This document shows, piece after piece, positions 56,260 through 64,000 of a DNA stretch of 64,000 nucleotides. Under the pieces are notes generated by a model. That model was not told where the DNA came from, ran no database searches, and saw only the letters and a list, made by a program, of their open reading frames with translations. Position 1 is the first letter of the stretch, and every line of letters starts with the position of its first letter. The stretch is from Eledone cirrhosa. Its lineage: Eukaryota. The position numbers and the translations under genes are program-made. The stretch is from assembly GCA_964016885.1 (NCBI GenBank), contig OZ024740.1, positions 169,260,001 through 169,324,000 on the forward strand, in the 5' to 3' direction.

Positions 56260-58378
56260 AAGTATGCATGTATACGTACATACATATATGTATACAGACG
56301 TACAGTAGCATGCACATATATATATATATATACATATATATATACATATGCATACAGGTACACATACATATATACACGTATCAGTTTAGCGGCGCTAACG
56401 TCGCTTTGTTCGTTTGTATACATATATGTATGTACGTATACATGCATACTTACATTTAAGTAAGTGCCATACTAAGAGTGAGAAATGAAATTTCGTTTTC
56501 ATTTTGTTTTAATTTATCGTTTTCGGTATGCCTGACCGATTTAACTCACTCAATATGCAAATTAGGCTGCTCAGCCGTTAATTTTCATAAGGAAAGTATA
56601 TACTTTCGAACGTTCAACTATCTGGCAGATGGGTAAACGGTGCTGATGATAGCTAACAAGCTTGAAACTAGTACATCGTTCCTGTGTCAGTGTTGAACAA
56701 AAAGGTGACGTGGTTGCCTTAACACCGTATGGCATAAATTCAGGCTGTTCAGTTTGTTTACAAACGAACAAAGCGACGTTAGCGCCGCTAAACTGATACG
56801 TGCATATATGTATGTGTACCTGTATGCATATGTATATATATATGTATATATATATATATATGTGCATGCTACTGTACGTCTGTATACATATATGTATGTA
56901 CGTATACATGCATACTTACATTTAAGTAAGTGCCATACTAAGAGTGAGAAATGAAATTTCGTTTTCATTTTGTTTTAATTTATCGTTTTCGGTATGCCTG
57001 ACCGATTTAACTCACTCAATATGCAAATTAGGCTGCTCAGCCGTTAATTTTCATAAGGAAAGTATATACTTTCGAACGTTCAACTATCTGGCAGATGGGT
57101 AAACGGTGCTGATGATAGCTAACAAGCTTGAAACTAGTACATCGTTCCTGTGTCAGTGTTGAACAAAAAGGTGACGTGGTTGCCTTAACACCGTATGGCA
57201 TAAATTCAGGCTGTTCAGTTTGTTTACAAACGAACAAAGCGACGTTAGCGCCGCTAAACTGATACGTGCATATATGTATGTGTACCTGTATGCATATGTA
57301 TATATATATGTATATATATATATATATGTGCATGCTACTGTACGTCTGTATACATATATGTATGTACGTATACATGCATACTTACATTTAAGTAAGTGCC
57401 ATACTAAGAGTGAGAAATGAAATTTCGTTTTCATTTTGTTTTAATTTATCGTTTTCGGTATGCCTGACCGATTTAACTCACTCAATATGCAAATTAGGCT
57501 GCTCAGCCGTTAATTTTCATAAGGAAAGTATATACTTTCGAACGTTCAACTATCTGGCAGATGGGTAAACGGTGCTGATGATAGCTAACAAGCTTGAAAC
57601 TAGTACATCGTTCCTGTGTCAGTGTTGAACAAAAAGGTGACGTGGTTGCCTTAACACCGTATGGCATAAATTCAGGCTGTTCAGTTTGTTTACAAACGAA
57701 CAAAGCGACGTTAGCGCCGCTAAACTGATACGTGCATATATGTATGTGTACCTGTATGCATATGTATATATATATGTATATATATATATGTGCATGCTAC
57801 TGTACGTCTGTATACATATATGTATGTACGTATACATGCATACTTACATTTAAGTAAGTGCCATACTAAGAGTGAGAAATGAAATTTCGTTTTCATTTTG
57901 TTTTAATTTATCGTTTTCGGTATGCCTGACCGATTTAACTCACTCAATATGCAAATTAGGCTGCTCAGCCGTTAATTTTCATAAGGAAAGTATATACTTT
58001 CGAACGTTCAACTATCTGGCAGATGGGTAAACGGTGCTGATGATAGCTAACAAGCTTGAAACTAGTACATCGTTCCTGTGTCAGTGTTGAACAAAAAGGT
58101 GACGTGGTTGCCTTAACACCGTATGGCATAAATTCAGGCTGTTCAGTTTTTTTACAAACGAACAAAGCGACGTTAGCGCCGCTAAACTGATACGTGCATA
58201 TATGTATGTGTACCTGTATGCATATGTATATATATATGTATATATATATATATATGTGCATGCTACTGTACGTCTGTATACATATATGTATGTACGTATA
58301 CATGCATACTTACATTTAAGTAAGTGCCATACTAAGAGTGAGAAATGAAATTTCGTTTTCATTTTGTTTTAATTTATC
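56260..58378 (+). mobile_element. Retrozyme-like tandem array: four 462-466 bp units plus a 5' inverted segment; HHRs at 56636, 57102, 57568 and 58030
   Basis: aacggtg CTGATGA tagct aaca agctt GAAA ctag TA catcgtt in each unit; 56260-56418 is the reverse complement of part of the unit. Confidence 0.9.
58343..58378 (+). terminator. Terminal hairpin plus T-tract (possible Pol III terminator or RT recognition end)
   Basis: aaatgaaa tttcgt tttcattt tgtttt; analogous ends at ~36111-36140 and ~50264-50303. Confidence 0.4.
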
Positions 58379-58447
<69 letters not shown>

Positions 58448-58460
58448 CATATATATATAC

Positions 58461-58711
<251 letters not shown>

Positions 58712-58721
58712 CATATACATA

Positions 58722-58795
<74 letters not shown>

Positions 58796-59068
58796 GATAG
58801 ATATATGTATATATATATATATGTATATATGTATATATATATATATATGTATATATATATGTATATATATGTATATATGTATATATATATATATATGTAT
58901 ATATATATGTATATATATGTATATATATATATATATATATGTATATATAGGTATATATATATATATATGTATATATATGTATATATATATATATATGTAT
59001 ATATATATGTATACATATATATATATACATATATATATATACATATATATACATATATATATATATAC

Positions 59069-59117
<49 letters not shown>

Positions 59118-59140
59118 CATATATATACATATATATATAC

Positions 59141-59187
<47 letters not shown>

Positions 59188-59337
59188 TATATACATATAT
59201 ATATACATATATATATACATATATACACATATATATATCTATCTATCTATATATATACAGATATATATACATATATATATACATATATATACACACATAT
59301 ATATATATATATACATATATATATACATATACATATA

Positions 59338-59503
<166 letters not shown>

Positions 59504-59513
59504 CATATACATA

Positions 59514-59603
<90 letters not shown>

Positions 59604-59799
59604 TAGATATATGTATATATATATATATGTATATATGTATATATATATGTATATATATATGTATATATATGTATATATATATATATATGTATATATATGT
59701 ATATATATATATATATGTATATATATATGTATACATATATATACATATATATATATACATATATATACATATATATATATATACATATTTATATACATA

Positions 59800-59833
<34 letters not shown>

Positions 59834-59856
59834 CATATATATACATATATATATAC

Positions 59857-59903
<47 letters not shown>

Positions 59904-60053
59904 TATATACATATATATATACATATATATATACATATATACACATATATATATATCTATCTATCTATATATATACAGATATATATACATATATATATAC
60001 ATATATATACACACATATATATATATATACATATATATATACATATACATATA

Positions 60054-60103
<50 letters not shown>

Positions 60104-60189
60104 CATATATATACATAAATATATACATACATATATATATATATACATATATATATAAATATATATACATATATATGAGAAAAAGCACA

Positions 60190-60372
60190 GACCCTCCATC
60201 TCAACTAACCTTTTGAAAAGCAGAAGAACTGCGAAACCGGTAAAGGAACCAAATAAATATATATATTTTTTTTAAAAATAAGACTTCAGTTGCATTTTCG
60301 ATTTCATCTCTTTTTCTTTATACTTTCACTCGTGTAGGACACCTTGGTTATTTTTCATTTTGTTAAAAAAAC
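60190..60372 (+). ncRNA. HHR-bearing end (HHR 60209-60246, U3-A8), same family as 40750-40930
   Basis: cctt TTGAAAA gcag aagaa ctgc GAAA ccgg TA aagg. Confidence 0.75.
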
Positions 60373-60376
60373 CTCA

Positions 60377-60567
60377 TTCGCAATCGTGAGGTTGTGAGTT
60401 CGATTCCCGGACCAAGCGATGCGTTATGTCCTTGGGCAAGACACTTTATTTCATGTTGCTCCTTCTACCTGGAGTTGCGACCGAGAGATAGTATTAGCAA
60501 TTGGAAAGACCAATGGAAACACTGTTTCCTCGGTCCGATTTGACAAAAAAAAGGCGATCGCCTGTCG
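60377..60567 (+). mobile_element. CORE-type SINE, 5'-truncated
   Basis: gtgagttcgattccc...gcgttatgtccttgggcaagacactttatttc. Confidence 0.75.
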
Positions 60568-60764
<197 letters not shown>

Positions 60765-60793
60765 CATATATATATACATATGTATATATATAC

Positions 60794-60956
<163 letters not shown>

Positions 60957-60973
60957 CATATATATATACATAT

Positions 60974-61046
<73 letters not shown>

Positions 61047-61073
61047 CATATATATATACATATATATATATAC

Positions 61074-61110
<37 letters not shown>

Positions 61111-61111
61111 C

Positions 61112-61164
<53 letters not shown>

Positions 61165-61206
61165 CACATATATATATATACATATATATATATATACATA
61201 TATATA

Positions 61207-61800
<594 letters not shown>

Positions 61801-61801
61801 C

Positions 61802-61832
<31 letters not shown>

Positions 61833-61842
61833 CATATATATA

Positions 61843-62683
61843 TGGTGGCTGCCAACTCGTTTTCGAGTACGGCCACTACTTTATATTCATGTAGGAGAAC
61901 CCCTACCGATGCGCTGAACGAGTGTGGCTTTTTAGTCCAGCCAGCGACTTGAAAACTCTGGTACAAACACTACACTTGTGACAATTATTGACACATAGTG
62001 CTTTGCCTTTGGTACCATGTGACGACAAGTGCAGAGAGATCTCCAGATATAAAGCAATGCCTGTGCCGTGAAGCTTTTATAGTGAGCAAAGGCACTGCAC
62101 AAAGCCAGTCCCACTCTCTTAACCAAGATGATATTTACCAAAAAGAAGAACAAGTCAACATCATTGGATACCATCAGGGTTGCAGGTATTATATCAGAGT
62201 TTTCCTTCTCCTAGAATTCTGCCTTGACAAAGGCTAAGGGGTCATCTCTCCCGGTGATTTTGGATGGCCATTGACTCTTAATAGCTCCTTTGCCCTTTGA
62301 CAGGTTTTGTTTTTAGTCCTGCAGGATGTCCAAAGTCACCCTCCTCACCAAGAAACCTTGGTGGGGTTGCCAGTTTAGTCGCCAACGACCCGACCATGAA
62401 ACAGGTTGTACTGGGATACATGTTACCAGTAGCACCAACTGGTGACCACACATATATACACATACATATATACATACATACATACACACATATATACACA
62501 CATATATACACATATACACATACATACACACATACATACATACATATATATACATATACATACATACATACATACATATACACATACATACACACATATA
62601 CATATATACACATACATACATACATATATATACATACACATACATATATACATATATATACATACACATACATACATACATAC

Positions 62684-62714
<31 letters not shown>

Positions 62715-62860
62715 TGGTGGCTGCCAACTCGTTTTCGAGTACGGCCACTACTTTATATTCATGTAGGAGAACCCCTACCGATGCGCTGAACGAGTGTGAC
62801 TTTTTAGTCCAGCCAGCGACTTGAAAACTCTGGTACAAACACTACACTTGTGACAATTAT
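61843..62860 (-). mobile_element. Internally deleted RTE-like LINE (5' UTR ~62456-62174 fused to 3' end) with a second 3'-end copy at 62715-62860
   Basis: C-terminal zinc finger [25 protein letters not shown]; the 5'-UTR-like block also occurs at 24075-24165. Confidence 0.6.
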
Positions 62861-62884
62861 TGATGTATATGTATATATATATAC

Positions 62885-64000
<1,116 letters not shown>

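Noticed and set aside
56461-58378. CRISPR-like array or repeated 112-aa/93-aa ORFs
   Set aside because: Units are near-identical with no unique spacers, the context is eukaryotic, and the ORFs run through microsatellite

Overview
AT-rich, repeat-dominated animal DNA. The SINE style and (TA)n/(CA)n load suggest an octopus or other cephalopod (inference). Most listed ORFs are microsatellite translations (IY/HT/CV runs) and are not genes. Real content: (1) at least eight decayed Penelope-like element (PLE) RT/GIY-YIG fragments, mostly with a CxCx5Cx5C linker, in tandem or inverted arrangements within (TA)n; (2) about 22 minimal type-I hammerhead ribozyme (HHR) motifs with palindromic stem III, including U3-A8 core variants; (3) three related non-coding tandem arrays (420/468/466-bp units), each unit carrying an octamer, PSE-like box and TATA, then an HHR, then a terminal hairpin plus T-tract, i.e. 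retrozyme-like elements with an apparent snRNA-type promoter; (4) a Helitron remnant, RTE-type LINE fragments and tRNA/CORE-type SINEs; (5) one probable host exon encoding a signal peptide. In several long (TA)n arrays the interruptions echo the last bases of the adjacent HHR-bearing end, which may reflect reiterative RT synthesis. All calls were made by eye and coordinates are approximate.
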